NCBI RefSeq assembly: GCF_009914755.1
Contig: NC_060930.1
DNA length: 64,000 nucleotides
Direction: 5' to 3' (one strand)
Origin: the human T2T-CHM13v2.0 reference genome, Homo sapiens
The position numbers and the translations under genes are program-made. How positions within the stretch are numbered: position 1 is the first letter of the stretch; the number at the start of each line of letters is the position of its first letter. Below, piece by piece: positions 29,285 through 45,162 of the stretch. The notes below the pieces were generated by a model that saw only the letters and a program-made list of their open reading frames with translations, was not told the origin of the DNA and searched no databases.

Positions 29285-30940
29285 GACTGATAGAAAATAT
29301 TTTGGAGAATATAAAAGTTACAGAAGAAATAGTGATATAAACTCAGCTTGATAAACTTAGGATATATTTATAAATAGAACAGGTTTTATAGGGCTTGGGA
29401 GCAAACCAGAATGACACAAAGAGAAAATGTCAAATAAATATAAGTATGACTGGGAAAAATATCTGGGTCCTAAGTTGACGCAGAGTAATGCTGCAACAGT
29501 GAAGCTTTTGCAGTTCTGGAAACATCCAGCATCACAGCAGGGTCTGCCAGAGCGAATGTTTCATTGTCTGTGTTCTCCTTGGGTTTAGGAGAATACCTTG
29601 CCCCTTGATATGTGAAAATTATTTGAGACGTTGACATTTTGAAATATTCTTCCAGCATGTTTTGGATCTTAGCTAACTGTCAATTCACTTGGAAAGCCTT
29701 TCAACTAGAGAATGCAATGAGAACCTGAGCTGTGTTTCCATGAAAAAGGTTGACATGCTGATATGCCACCCAGCATTTCCATGCTGAGTGTGGTCCTCCT
29801 AGGGCGGTGACCAGCTGATGTGCCTGAGGCCACTGAGGAAAGGTCAAAAGAAGAGCCCCAAACTTCAATTTGAGACTCCAGTTTAAATGTGGAAGAATTT
29901 TGTGGTAACTTCTGAATGAAAGTTACCACATACATAAAATGGCATGGGAAGAAGACTCTCTCCTTGTTCCTGCCAGTCTGGGGGAGCTCCAAGAAGCAGC
30001 CCCCACACGTTTCTCTGCTGTGGGAGACAACGGGCTCTGCCCAGAACTCTTCCCAGGCTGCGGCTTTGTCCCTGTGTCATCTCTGATACCCCATCTCCAG
30101 AGAGCTCCTGCAGTGAGGCACATACATAATATGGGTGCATGAACCATTTTTTAAATCATCTTAAGACAATTTCAAGGCGTTAAAGCTTATGGAAGTTAGT
30201 GACACCCATTTCCCCCCACAGTCAGGGTAGCCCCCTGTCCTGGGTCAAGCAAAGATGAGTATCTTGTGTATGTCTTCCAGGCATTTGCAGCTTCCCTCCC
30301 CAGTCAGTGGTTCCTGTTTCTTGCCCCAGGAGCCACAGAGCATGCTTCTCTCTGGGCTCTTGGCCTCAGATGCGGTCTCCTTGGCAGCCTGGTGCTTCCA
30401 TCCTCTGCTCGGCTACCTTGGTTGGCGTCTTCTGGACCCTGTCAGCACATCCAGGCACGTCCTTTCTGCAGTGCCTCTCCCAGCTGGATCTTGCCTCCTC
30501 CTCCCATCGCTGTCATCTCCCTCCCCGGCTCTTACATGGCATGCCTTTCCATCCAACTCGGTCCCCCTTCCTAGGTTCCAACCTCAGACCTCTCCCCTTT
30601 TTTCCATCCTTTGGGTGATTTCCTCCATTGCCACAGCTGCATCAGCTCCCATCTGTTTGCTGCTGGCTCCCCACACCTATCCCGCGCTCATCGCTCTTGT
30701 CCTTCACACTGCGACACCATCACCGTCACCACCACCACCATGCTTGCAGAGCAACTCCGGATAGACGTAGACGTTGCTCAAGTCCACTGTGGTCTGAACT
30801 TAGCTTCCTCTCCCCCCTGCCTCTCCTCCCTCCGGTCCCTCATCTGCACTCTTATCTTGCTTATCATTTATGCCCTAAACTGGGAATTGCTCATCGTTTG
30901 TGCCCTCAACTGGGAATCCTTTATCCCCTAAACTGGGACT

Positions 30941-31222
30941 CTTTTTTTTTTTTTATTTTGAGGTGGAGTCTCGCTCTGTCGCCCAGTGGCACGATCTTGG
31001 CTCACTGCAACCTCCGCCTCCCGGGTTCAAGCGATTCTTGTGCCTCACCCTCCCAAGTAGCTGGGACCACACAGGCATGCGCCACCATGCCTGGCTAATT
31101 TTCGTATTTTTAGTAAAGACGGGGTTGGCTAGGCTGGTCTTGAACCGCTAACCTCAAGTGATCTGCCTGCCTCAGCCTCCTAAAGTGCTGGGACTACAGG
31201 TGTGAGCCACCATGCCCAGCCT
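30941..31222 (-). mobile_element. AluS with deletions, in an L2-like remnant
   Basis: Dimer; ggactct on both sides. Confidence 0.85.
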
Positions 31223-32296
31223 GGACTCTCTTTTCTGTACCTCCAACCTTCACTTAGTCACCAGGTCCTGTTGATTCCACTTCCTATGTTTCTATCTGAG
31301 ACTATTTATTTATACTTAAAGTTTATAGATGATTGTGCTCAAACCAGCTTAACTGAAAGTATTTAAGGTTTCATGTAACTTGACCAGAATGTATCACTTG
31401 AAGGGAGGTTAATGGTTCTCCTGAAATACAGGTACAGGTATACTTCACTTTATATAGTGGATGAAAGAATGTAGGTAAAGTGAGTTTTTGAAAACATGAT
31501 TATATTTTAACTACCCACCTACAGGAATCTCCCTATTTAAAGAATATTCTATAGAAATTGCCCTTGTTTAGAAGGCAGTTGTTTTTGAAATGAGAATTCT
31601 TCACCTCATACATGTTTTTGCTAGCAATATCCAGATTTTAGTTTTCCGGGAGTAGAGGTAATATTTCTTTATAAATACTAAACCTTTTTAAAAGGAGGGA
31701 GTCTTAAATCTGGTATTTTCTTAGACGCTCTTAAAGCACGATTTCAAATAAAGTAGAAAGAATCCGGGCTGGTAAGTATTAAATAGTCACCATGGTAAAG
31801 CTTTTAGCTTTTCAGGTCTTGGCACATGCAGTACTAGTAGGTGGCATTTTATTCTCTAGCCTCAGTGCTGGTTGCATTTAGTTTTGTGTTTTTTAAACCT
31901 AGAAAGTGGGTAGGTTTATCCTGTTTGCTTTGGGATACAAAAGGTAGGTCCCAAGTCCCTTCTCATCTGCTAAGGAGGTTTTGCACCCTGTGTAGTCTGT
32001 TGTGTGCTGGTGTGGTCATGTCCCTGAGGCCACTGTGTCTTCACAGCAGCTAAGCACTGTCAGATCATTTGGGGAGAGAAGCAGTAACAGTCACTGAATG
32101 CCTGTGCACCTCTGGGACATCTGTGAGATGAAGGCTTTTTCATATACATGTTTTGCAAGAAATATGACCTTTATTTGCTATTTGGAGCAGAGTGGAATCA
32201 GGACTTGAGTAGTTAGTGTAACAGGATTATTTAAAAGAATATTTTAGTACAGAATTTTTAATTCATTTATTTCAAATGGTTTAAAAATAAATTTTA

Positions 32297-32590
32297 GGTC
32301 AGGCTTAAAATCATGCCTGTAATCTTAGCACTTTGGGAGGCCAGAGCAGGAGAATTGCTTGAGGCCAAGAGTTCAAGACCAACCAGGGTAATGTAGCAAG
32401 ACCCCATCTCTACAAAAAATTAAAAACCAGCCAGGTGCAGTGGCACATTCCAGTGGTCCCAGCTACTCAGGAGGCTGAGGTGGGAGGATTGCTTGAGCCT
32501 GGGAGGTCGAGGCTGCAGTGAGCTGTGATAGCTCACTGCACTCCAGCCTGGGGAACAGAGCAAGATCCGGTCTCAAGTAAAATAAAAATA
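32297..32590 (+). mobile_element. AluJ
   Basis: Diverged dimer. Confidence 0.85.
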
Positions 32591-32810
32591 ATATTTAAAA
32601 AAATAATTAGTATGCAGATGTCTTTTCAGAGATATTAAGGGATGAAAAATGAACTGTTATAGATACTCATATGCAGGTAAACGTTAAAACATTGGTCAGT
32701 TGAAAAGAATAATTCATTCACTTTTAAAAGATAAAGTCATGACTGAAGTACAATTTAGAACTCAAGGAGATTTCGTAACTCCCCAGAGTATCCAAGTAAT
32801 AAATGATTCT

Positions 32811-33103
32811 GGCTGGGTATGGTGGCATGTGCCTGTAGTTCCAGCTACTCAGGAGGCTAAGGTGGGAGGATCCCTTGAGCCCAGGAGTTGTGGGCTGTGG
32901 TTTGCTATGTCATTCAGGTGTCTACAATACAGTTTACTTCCTGGGTGCAGGGGACCACCAGATTGTCTAATGAGGGGTGAACCGGCTCAAGTCAGAAACT
33001 CCCATTAAAACAGGTTAAAACTCCCGTGCTGATCAGGAGTGGGATTGCACCTGTGAATAGCCACCACACTTCAGCCTGGGCAACATAGTGAAACCCCATC
33101 TGT
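32811..33103 (+). pseudogene. 7SL (SRP) RNA processed pseudogene (RN7SL-P type)
   Basis: Alu-domain ends enclose S-domain sequence (ggggaccaccag, gaggggtgaaccggc, aaaactcccgtgctgatcag, cctgtgaatagccac); TSD taaatga(t/c)tct at 32800-32810 and 33119-33129. Confidence 0.9.
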
Positions 33104-33571
33104 AAAAATCATAAAAAGTAAATGACTCTGTAGGGATTATTAATTATATAATTTTTAAATTTGATTATGAAAATTTTCAGTAACATGAAAAATAAGGAAT
33201 CCACATATTTTACATTTGCTTTTTTATCCTTTCTTTTTCTTCTTCTTTGTTGTATTTAAAGTGAATCCCAGATAGCATATCATTTCACCAGTACATACTT
33301 TAGTGTAAATCTCCTCAAAACGTGGCATTTCCTTCCATAACCACAGTGCCATTATCACACCTCATCTGTTCCTTACTTGGAGGGAGGTTCTTGTTGGATT
33401 GAAGCATGTAGTTTGGGGCTAGCTCTGCTCATGGCTCTGGAGGAGCGCACCTGCAGCACCGGAGAGGCACGTGTTCCTGCTGAGGGCTTCCTTTGTCGGC
33501 ATAGTCAGAAAGGAAAGGATGTATAAAGGGAACTTTAAAACAGTAGTATAACGCTTTGCTTTCTCAGCTAA

Positions 33572-33879
<308 letters not shown>

Positions 33880-33908
33880 CACAGATTTATAATGAAAAGT
33901 AATTTACA

Positions 33909-34390
<482 letters not shown>

Positions 34391-34409
34391 TCAGCCTCAA
34401 CAACTGCCC

Positions 34410-34558
34410 TCCCAGAGCAGCTCTCACTCCTACACAGGGCACAGAGCAGCTTTCTCTTCCTCCCTAAGCAGTTCTCACCTCCTCCCAGAGCAACTCTCTC
34501 CCTCCACCCACCCAGAGCAGCTCTCACTTCCTCAAAGAGCAGCTCTCACCTCCTTCCA
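34410..34558. repeat. Degenerate minisatellite, about 21-27-nt unit, core cagagcagctctcacctcc
   Basis: About 6 imperfect copies visible. Confidence 0.7.
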
Positions 34559-34702
34559 GGAGCCTGCTGGTTTTGAATCCTGATGCACCTGGTCTTTTAA
34601 GATTGTGATTATAGGCACTGCATAGATTTTAGTTTCCCTGCAAAGACTTAAAAGTCACTGTGCTCAATACAAGAAAAGAACATGGTAATCTCTCTCATGT
34701 AA

Positions 34703-35031
<329 letters not shown>

Positions 35032-35064
35032 TAGAGTGTTTCTTTTTTAAAAAAAAATAAATCT

Positions 35065-35363
35065 GACCTGGCGCGGTGGCTCACACCTCTAATTCCAGCA
35101 CTTTGGGAGACCGAGGCGGGAGGATCACTGGAGTCCAGGAGTTCAAGACCAGCAACATGACAAAACCCTGTCTCTACAAAAAATACAAAAATTATCCGGG
35201 TGTGGGGGCACACATATAGTCTCAGCTACTGGGGAGGCTGAGGTGGGAGGACTGCTTGAGCCCAGGAGGTTGAGACCACAGTGAGCCATGATTGTGTCAC
35301 TGCACTCCAGCCTGGATGACAGAGTGAGTCCCTGTCTCAAAAAAAAAAAAAAAAAAAAAAAAA
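35065..35363 (+). mobile_element. AluJ
   Basis: Dimer with poly(A). Confidence 0.88.
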
Positions 35364-36056
35364 TCCACAAACCTACTAAAGTAAAATCTCAATGGTCAGC
35401 TTCTACACTGGAAACCCTTACTGGTGACTGGTGAGTGTGCTGTAAGTAGGTTAAAGGGCTGGTAAGAGTGGAGCTGCTGCTCATAGCTCCTGAGGACTCA
35501 ACTTTGCAATGAGATTTAGTCTAAGCCAACGCAAAGAGTGATCCTTTTTCTTCTTTCCCATCAGATCTGCCCATGACTTTTTAGTAGTGTGAATACCACA
35601 CAAGGGAGGCCCATCTTTATTTTAAGCCCTGAACTAAACATATATAGGAATGGTTCTTGTCAAAATCAGCAAGGAGCACAGGAATCACAGTTAGGAGAAT
35701 GAATTGCTCAGGAAAGAAGTTGGGAGACAGCCTCCCACCCTTCAGGGCTATCTTTATCCAATGATTGGTACTGGTTCGTTTTTAGTTATTTCTTTTTGCG
35801 TGTATTTGAGAAATTCTGTTGAGCACTTTGTGGAATAAAATATGTTTCTTTAGCAGAAACAGGTGCAGCTACTATGTTTGTACTTTTTCATTTTGTCAGT
35901 GTTTTGGTTGATTGACATGACAGTTAAGATGTCTAGAAATTAAATCGCCCTTTGTTATCTCTGGACTCAGGCGATGAATCACCAAATAGAGCACTCAGTA
36001 TTGATGAATTATAAAATACGCTAAATAAAAATCTTTCTTGAGATTTGCCTTGAATA

Positions 36057-36342
36057 AGCAAGGCGCAGTGGCTCATGCCTGTAATCTCAGCACTTTGGGA
36101 GGCTGAGGGGGTGGATCACCTGAGGTCAGGAGTTCAAGACCAGCCCAGCCAACGTGGTGAAACCCCGTATCTATTAAAATACAAAATTACCCAGGCACGA
36201 TGGTGCACGGCTGTAATCCCAGCTAGTCGGGAGGCTGAGGTAGGAGAATTGCTTGAACCCGAAGGCAGAGGTTACAGTGAGCCGAGATCACACCACTGCA
36301 CTCCAGCCCAGGTGACAAGAGTGAAACTCTATCTAAAAAAAA
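36057..36342 (+). mobile_element. AluS
   Basis: Dimer. Confidence 0.88.
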
Positions 36343-37837
36343 TATTAGGTTAAGAATAAAAGATGAGAGGAATTTATTAATATACACTGGCTCTTGTCAC
36401 ATATACCTTCTTAAAGTCAGTTTTTTGTTAATGCAACGTTAGATTTTCTTCATATATCTTTATCAATACCACAGCATGATGATGGCCTTGGTTTTGACAC
36501 AGGGATCTTGCCTAAATGCCAGCGTTTAGCCAGATGGTGAACTACAAAATTGATCTTCCTGGGGTTCCACATGGCACTGCTGCTCTACAGCCCCTGACCT
36601 TGGCATTGAATATGTCCTTATATGTGTTAGGAGGGGTGAGATGTATTGTTTCACATGTGTTCACCACCAGGACAAAGGCTCGCTCCTTCTGGTCAGGCCT
36701 CTCTGGGCCCTCTTCTCAGCTGGACCTCAATCTTGGCCTCTAAATACTGCAGACTCTCGGACATAAATTATTTCATCCACACCATCTTCCCTTCCCACAC
36801 ACACACCCTGGAGCAAACACTGGCACCGTTTCTAACAACTCAAGGCTGTGTCCCGAGGATGACTGCTCCAGCTCTCTTACGTTCCTGCCTGAGAGCCTGC
36901 CAAGAGAATCAACTGTTTGATAGGGCCCATCTCCCAGGCTTTGTGAGAGAGTAGGGGCCTAATTTTGTTAAGCTCCAGTTAGTAAAGCCAGAGAGCCTAA
37001 TCGCGTTGACAGCCCCCTTCCTGCTTTTCAGTTATTTCTGCTTCCCTGAATACTGCCTATGCCTCCCTCCTCCTCCCTCATTCTCCCTACTGCAGCAGTT
37101 ATTATGGATTAAATTTTGTCCTTCCTGTATTAACTCAGGTCCAGCTTGGCTTGTCTTTGGCACCGGTCACAAGTGCTGTTGGGTCTGCTTGCACCACTAT
37201 TCCCCAGCTGCCACTGGTAGCACAGATCAGCAAATCCTTTCCTCTCAGCTCATTTGTTGAGAAGTTTATCAGTAGCCATGGGAAGAAATTACTATTTTCA
37301 TCATGTTTAGAAATATATTTCAGTGTGTTTTGAAGAGTTGTAAAATTTTGAAATGGGAAAGGATTTCAGGCTGACACTTGGGAGGCAGAATGATGAACCT
37401 TACTATGGCACTAGGACTCAAAGTAGGATGAGCCCCACTAGCTGACCCCCAGGCCCGATTCTTTGCAGAGGATAGGATGTTCCCCCAACAGGCTCTGACT
37501 ACACACCAACAGGCCAAGCAGATTCCAGCATCACTCGCGGTCTTCTGATCAAAGTACACATGCACCTTCCCAGGCCTCTTGGTGAGTGGCCACCCTGGGC
37601 AGTTATGCCTTACTTCAAAGAGCCGATATAGGGCTATATTCCTGAAGTGTGCCTTTCTTCCTCATTCAATGTATATTTAAATGTATTTTTAATGGTATAT
37701 TCACATGGTATAAAATACTAAATGTTCCACAGGACATTTGATGAAGAGGCCCCTCCTTCTATCCCCAAGCTGACCAGAGGTAATGTGTTTTCAGTTACTT
37801 GTGTACCGTTCTGGAGATATTCCAATTAAATGGTTGG

Positions 37838-38438
<601 letters not shown>

Positions 38439-38959
38439 GTAAATGCATTTTTATATTGGTTCTGTAGTCAGACTATTCTCTACTCCTAGAAATTGATATA
38501 TGGGTATGTCTTAGAAGGGTGAATAAACTTAAAAATGGAGCCTGAAAGATTTGGAGAAGAATATTCTGGTAATAGGAATCATTTAACATTAAATTTGAGG
38601 CCTGAGGCAGAATATCTTCTTCTCCGAAAATCTTTAGACATAGGAGAGTCTCTCATCTTAATAGGTTAGTTTACAAGTGGTCTTTTCTTCAGTGAAGAGA
38701 TGAGATGGCTTCCAAATTACATGTTTAGCCTGAAGATACAGATTTAGGAGTGATTGTTATAGTCAACTGTGAAATTACATTTCATCTTTAAAAAAAAAAA
38801 ACAGGAAATATTCTGTTAATCAATTGAGCAGTTCTGTCATTTACAACTGTCTGATTTCAGTGACTGTTTATTTAGTTGCAAAATATTCAAGTCTGGCCTT
38901 GAAGCACATCTGAAGGCCAGTATTCTGAAACCCAACAGGGAGGTCTTAAAAAATTTTTT

Positions 38960-39352
<393 letters not shown>

Positions 39353-39804
39353 CTATTTTTTCATTTCTCTATCTGCAGCTACACATGCGTGCCACCAGAG
39401 GTGCTAAGGTTACTAGGAGGGATTTGCAATCAGTTTTTTAATGTATTCCCCCAGCCTTCAGTCATAAAAGCAAATAAGTGGGAAAAAGTCACCTCCTTCA
39501 GGAACTAGTTCCAATACTACAAATTAAACTCTTACAAAAGAGTGAACATTTTTGGAAGCATGTATTATTGAAGTTGACATTTCCCAACATGGTTTTATTC
39601 AACAATTTAGATGTGTAGGGTCCAAAGACAAAGGTACTGATGAGATACTGTGGCTTCCAAAATAGAAATCTTTTGAATGATTTTATATCCTGTCTTCTCC
39701 TCCTTTGGTTGTGGCTTGGTTTATTTTAAACTATTGATAATAATTGTGTTTATTTTTAAATAATTGCACCTAAAAATAGTTTAGAATGGAGTACATTGAA
39801 ATAA

Positions 39805-40138
<334 letters not shown>

Positions 40139-41657
40139 GTGTTGCTATTAGAAACTGCCCTGCAGTGAGTATATACAAGGCTGCAAAGTAAACCAAACCC
40201 AGCGAGGCAGCCATTGAATTAGTATGACTTGACCTGTATGTGTCTACTGCTTATTTGGTCCTGGTATATGCATTACAGAGGGAGCATTGGCCCTGCCCAT
40301 ACCTGAAGCCTACAGTTCGTCACAGGAAACAGCAGGAAAATATGGGACAGAAATGTACATGATTCATCCTTGAAAGTGTTTTTGGGGGGTAGTTTTATGG
40401 GAGGATTTGAGAATTGGTTTATAAAGAAGAATGGAAGGAGATTGCTCCTTCATTTGTAGGAAAACTTGGGCAAAGATTTGGACAGAAATGTATTTATATT
40501 CATTGAGTCACTGAGTGAATGAGAACCTGGGAGTGCAGACCTGCCCTTGAGATGCTTTTGGTTTACTGGGAGACAGGCACGCAAAACCAGAACCAAGTTC
40601 AGAATGCTGTGGGGGCCGTGGTTAGAGCAAGATTAATTCTGTGTGGTGGGGCCCAGAAGCCTTCACACATGATGTCTGAGCACCTGCCATGAACCAGCTG
40701 ATGTACTAGACATTGGAGATAAAGCACAAGCCTCAGTCCTTGCTTGATGGGGTCTGGTTGTGTGTGTGTTGCTCAGGAAAGGATGCAGTCATGCGTTTCA
40801 TCTTAGACATGTTGACACTGAGGGCCTTTTGCACATCTTGGGGAGATGGCAGGAATGCAGTTGGATGTGAGAGTCTGGGGCTCAGGACAGAGGCCTGGGC
40901 AGGGAGTCAGCTATGAATGGGATCCTTGAGGCTACAGGCATGATTGTGGTTTCCTAGAGAGAAGAGGGCCTAGAGCCAAGCCTGGGGAGCACTAGCACGG
41001 AGAATTCTACAAACAGGAGCACCAGCCCACTTAGAACACATTCATTACTTGACCAACATTAGGGAGCAGAAGCAGCAGAGATTGATGCACTTGCCATATG
41101 TGTATTCGTTATTATTAGGCTCTCAATCTTGTTCTTCTGAAGTCCTTTGCTCACATAAGCTTTATCCCATTAAAAGTGATTAGGCATGAAAAGAACTTGT
41201 AATGGAAGAGATTTTTAAAAATCTGATTTTATGTTGTATCACTGTTCTTCAGTAATCTGTGACATACTTGTTCCAAAACAGAGTAACTTCTTCCATCATT
41301 GCTTGATAATTAAACTGTCAGTGCTGCGTTTCCCATTTTTTCCAATCTTAATAGTGTTTTTGTCTTCCTATGGGAACTGTAGTTGTAATTCATTAATGGT
41401 AGTGGATTTGGGGCCTGCCCTTTTTGTTCTGTTTTTCTTTAGTGTGATACTAAACTCTGATAACTTAATCAGTCCTTATTCAGGAATTATATGTATGTTC
41501 TTTCATCTGTCCTTTCTTCTCTAAAATGGAAAAATGAGTATTAATTCAAAAGACCTTTCAATGCAGAGTCATTTCCTCCCTTTTGCAAATACTCCTGTGT
41601 GTTGTACATCATGACAGGGCCTAGGGAGGTACTGTTGAGCAAAGCTGATGTGGTTCA

Positions 41658-42030
41658 GGTCTCAGCTTGGGCTGCTATAATAAAATACCACAGACCAAGG
41701 GGCTTAAACAACAGACATTGAGTTCTCACAATTCTGGAGGCTGGCCAGCCTCAGATCAAAGTGCCAGCCAATTTGGTTCCTGGTGGAGGCTGACTCCTGG
41801 CTTGCGTTCTCCCTGGGTCCTCACATGGCCTTTCCTCAGTGCTTGGGTGTAGCGAGAGTGCTTGCAAGCTGGGGTCTCTCATACTCTTCTTATATGGGCG
41901 CTAATCCTATCGTGGGCGCCCCACCCTCACGACCTTGTCTAAACTGAATCATCCCCCAAAGACCTTACCTCCAAATACCATCAACATAAATTGGGGAGGC
42001 GGGGAGCTCATAAACATTCAGTCCATAATA
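41658..42030 (-). mobile_element. MaLR LTR (MLT1A/B-like)
   Basis: gggctgctataataaaataccacagac...aacattcagtccataata. Confidence 0.75.
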
Positions 42031-44020
42031 GTCCATCGCCTCAAAAGTTTATAGTGTAACTAGGGGTCAGACAGAAATCACACAATCCCACAGTAAAGGG
42101 ATGAGAATAGTGATAAGTGTGGCAATGGGTACAGCTTAGTTAAAGTTATAAGAAGTCATGTTTCATATTTATTGTTATTGAAAATTGCTCACCAAGTACA
42201 TTAAACATCTGCCTCTTCCAGGATTTCAGCAGGTCCGTGACCCATGCTCCGGTGTCTTGACCCTACGCCTGTGTCACATGAAGGCTTTGTAGACATGCTA
42301 TCAGATAGTAATTTTTTTTTTGACAGCTAAAATTTCACCTTTTTCTAAAATGAATTTCATGGTGTTCCTAGTAGTTATGTCTTTCCTGAAAACAGCATAT
42401 AGTAATGAATTAATTGCTGCGTCTGGAGGCAAATTGTTTTAGCCTTTTTTAGTATTCATTCATTAAAATATAGATCATATTTAAAGGAATATTTGATGAA
42501 CAATTTATTCTAAAATAACTGAATTCTGTGAACTTTCTGCAGGCAGTCTCTTAGTCATCAGTATTTATATCCTAAAATTGCCTTTTGCTTGTCACTGACT
42601 TTAGTGCATTCGTTTAGCAATAAATATTTACTGAGTGCCTGCATTGTACACAAAGCTCTGTTAGGTGCCACATAGCTATGGACTGTCTCTCCCCCAAGGA
42701 GCTTCACATTAAAATCTCAAGCAAAAAGAAGCAAAAATTGAAAAAGCCTTAACCAGCTCTCCCTTTGGGTAAATTCTAGCCTTTCTAGTCAGACAGCCTT
42801 GGCTTGATCACTTAATGCCTTTGTCAGCTTACTTGGCCTCTCTTAAGTTGCTCGTGTGTTTGTAAATTGGAGATAACTTGCATGATTGTTGCAATGAGAT
42901 GCTGACGGATAGACAGATCCCATTAGACACAAAAGATGTAAAGTTTTTAATGGCAACCAATGCAGAAACTGCAGAGACCATCACACAAAGCAGAACATAA
43001 TGCAATGTGATGCACCTCGGTGGAGGTCCTGCTGCCCAGGACCCAAGATTCCTCTCAGGATGTCCCACTGGTGGCACCACTAGTGTTGTTGGTTGGTTGG
43101 TGGCGGCAGGGGGGATGTTCAGCAGCTGTGAGGTGCTCCTTTGCTGCTGTCATGGAGGGGCGCATTCAGCCTTCCTCTATCCAGATTGTTCTTTAGCTCT
43201 GGCCATGTACCTGTCTGTATTACCCAGCATGCTCCTGAGTATGTGCTCTGAGATGGGTGAGGCCAAGGAAGGTGTCTGAGGAGCAGCCCTCAGCACACTG
43301 TGGTAGCAAAAGCCCACCTGGGCCACACCAGCAAAACTAGCGCCTAACTCATGGTTTTGACAATTAATGAGGTAGAGCTTTCAGCATAGTGTTTAGTGCA
43401 AAGTAAGTACTTAATATTTTAATACCATGACTACATCCTTAAATTAATTATAAATTAATACATTAATACTATTATTATTCTCAGTGAAGTAAAACATTCA
43501 ACATTGGAAATAAAACATTGTTTCAGGAGCATCTTCTTTTCCAAATATGGTTATATAACATGCTTACATAACCCAATGTATTTTCTCTTTGGTCAAACAT
43601 AAACCTAAGCTTTTTCTTCTAAATTTGAGAAAATAATAACAACAAATCTCTGCTGCTTCTTCGTTTTCCAGAAAAGTAAATGAATATTTTCCTAACTCCT
43701 CTCCTCCAATCAAAAATACAAAGCAAAACCCCTGCAAATAGTATAACAGAGATTTTGCTGGTATTATTTGAAAACGTTCATGCAATATAATATACTCATT
43801 CTGCTGTTAGTCACATTTCAGTATTAAAGGACTCAAATTGTTGCAGGAATAGCCAGCAGAGGTTCTACTTAACATTTTGTGTCACTGTGCTGTTGTTACT
43901 TAACTAGCTATTTTTAGTTCTAAATGTATATTGTCTTCCTAAAACAAATCGAGGCAACAAGGTGTGCCAGAAACTGGCCCTTGCTGCCACTTGGTCAGAG
44001 GTCCCCATCCTGGATTGCAG

Positions 44021-44201
44021 GTGCTGTTTGGCACGGCCGATGGGCAGGTGATTGTCATGGATTGCCACGGCAGAATGCTGGCCCACGTCCTCTTGCACGA
44101 GTCAGACGGTGTCCTCGGCATGTCCTGGAACTACCCGATCTTCCTGGTGGAGGACAGCAGCGAGAGCGACACGGACTCAGATGACTACGCCCCTCCCCAA
44201 G
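44021..44201 (+). CDS. TULP4: TULP4 internal coding exon (probably exon 4), 181 nt, VLFGTADGQVIVMDCHGRMLAHVLLHESDGVLGMSWNYPIFLVEDSSESDTDSDDYAPPQ(D)
   Basis: Acceptor ggattgcag|GTG and donor AAG|gtactc; phase 0/1; final G joins AT of the next exon to give Asp. Confidence 0.95.
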
Positions 44202-44904
44202 GTACTCATTGGCCCTACTTTCCTTGTCACTGACCAGAAGGACAAGGAAGGGCATCGGAGCAGAGTAGACTGATGTGGAGGAGGGAGGGTGAAGGGCCGC
44301 CACACCTACGGCACCCGGGCTTCCTGGGAAGAGTTATCAAGCTGAAATGCAAGGTAGGGCTGGCCTCATCTAGATGTGACTGTCTCCCCGCTGTTGTCCC
44401 TTTTCTCAGAATCACTGGTCGAATTGATTACACTTAATTCGCTTAGCTTTTCCTAGATATAAAGTGAGACACATGGCTCTTCCTGTGTCCCTGAGGTATT
44501 GTGGGGCTTAGCTGCTTAGTGACAATAAAGAAAGCTAAAGATGAAAAATGCTGTGCTATTATTATAACTTAATATGTGATATATCCAAATCCCCAATGTT
44601 ATTAAAGCCCGCGGCTTTAGGTGCATGAGAAAAGGATTTGTTTTGCCATAATGAAGGCCAGCACCTTGGGCAGATAACTCTACATTTCTGTCTGTCCTCT
44701 TTATTTCAGGCAGAAGCTCTCCTCCTCCTCAGGTCTAAAAGACCTACTGCCTCTCTGTATACTCCAGTTGGTGTTGAGTACTCTTGGTGGGGATGACCTC
44801 AAATTCCAGCCACCTTAACCTCTAGCAGGTCCCCAGAATCAGTGTGCAGCACTGGCCCACTCAGTTGGCTCTTCACCAGCATCCCATCCCCTGCACCCAT
44901 CTCT

Positions 44905-45162
44905 TTTAAAAAAATTGAGATACAATAATTGTACATATTCATGAGCTACATTGTGATATTTCGATACACATAATGTATAGTGATCAGATCATTTTAGTTA
45001 ACATATTCATCATCTCAAACATTTATCATTTCTTTGTGTTGGGAACGTTCAATATCCTCGTTCTAGGTATTTGAAACTATATAATATGATAATATGTTAT
45101 TGTTAACATGTCATCCTCCATGGTATGGAACACTAGAATTTAGCCTTCCTGCCTAGCTGTAA
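44905..45162 (-). mobile_element. L1MA-type 3' end
   Basis: gatacaataattgtacatattcatgagctacattgtgatatttcgatac. Confidence 0.7.

Noticed and set aside
30871-30940. Three spaced copies of ccctaaactggga resembling a repeat-spacer array
   Set aside because: Eukaryotic intron, only three short degenerate copies; a local tandem duplication, not CRISPR.
30255-31098. 169-aa and 156-aa ORFs, one with a His-rich run
   Set aside because: They arise from a pyrimidine-rich L2-like remnant, a (cac)n-like tract and an Alu.
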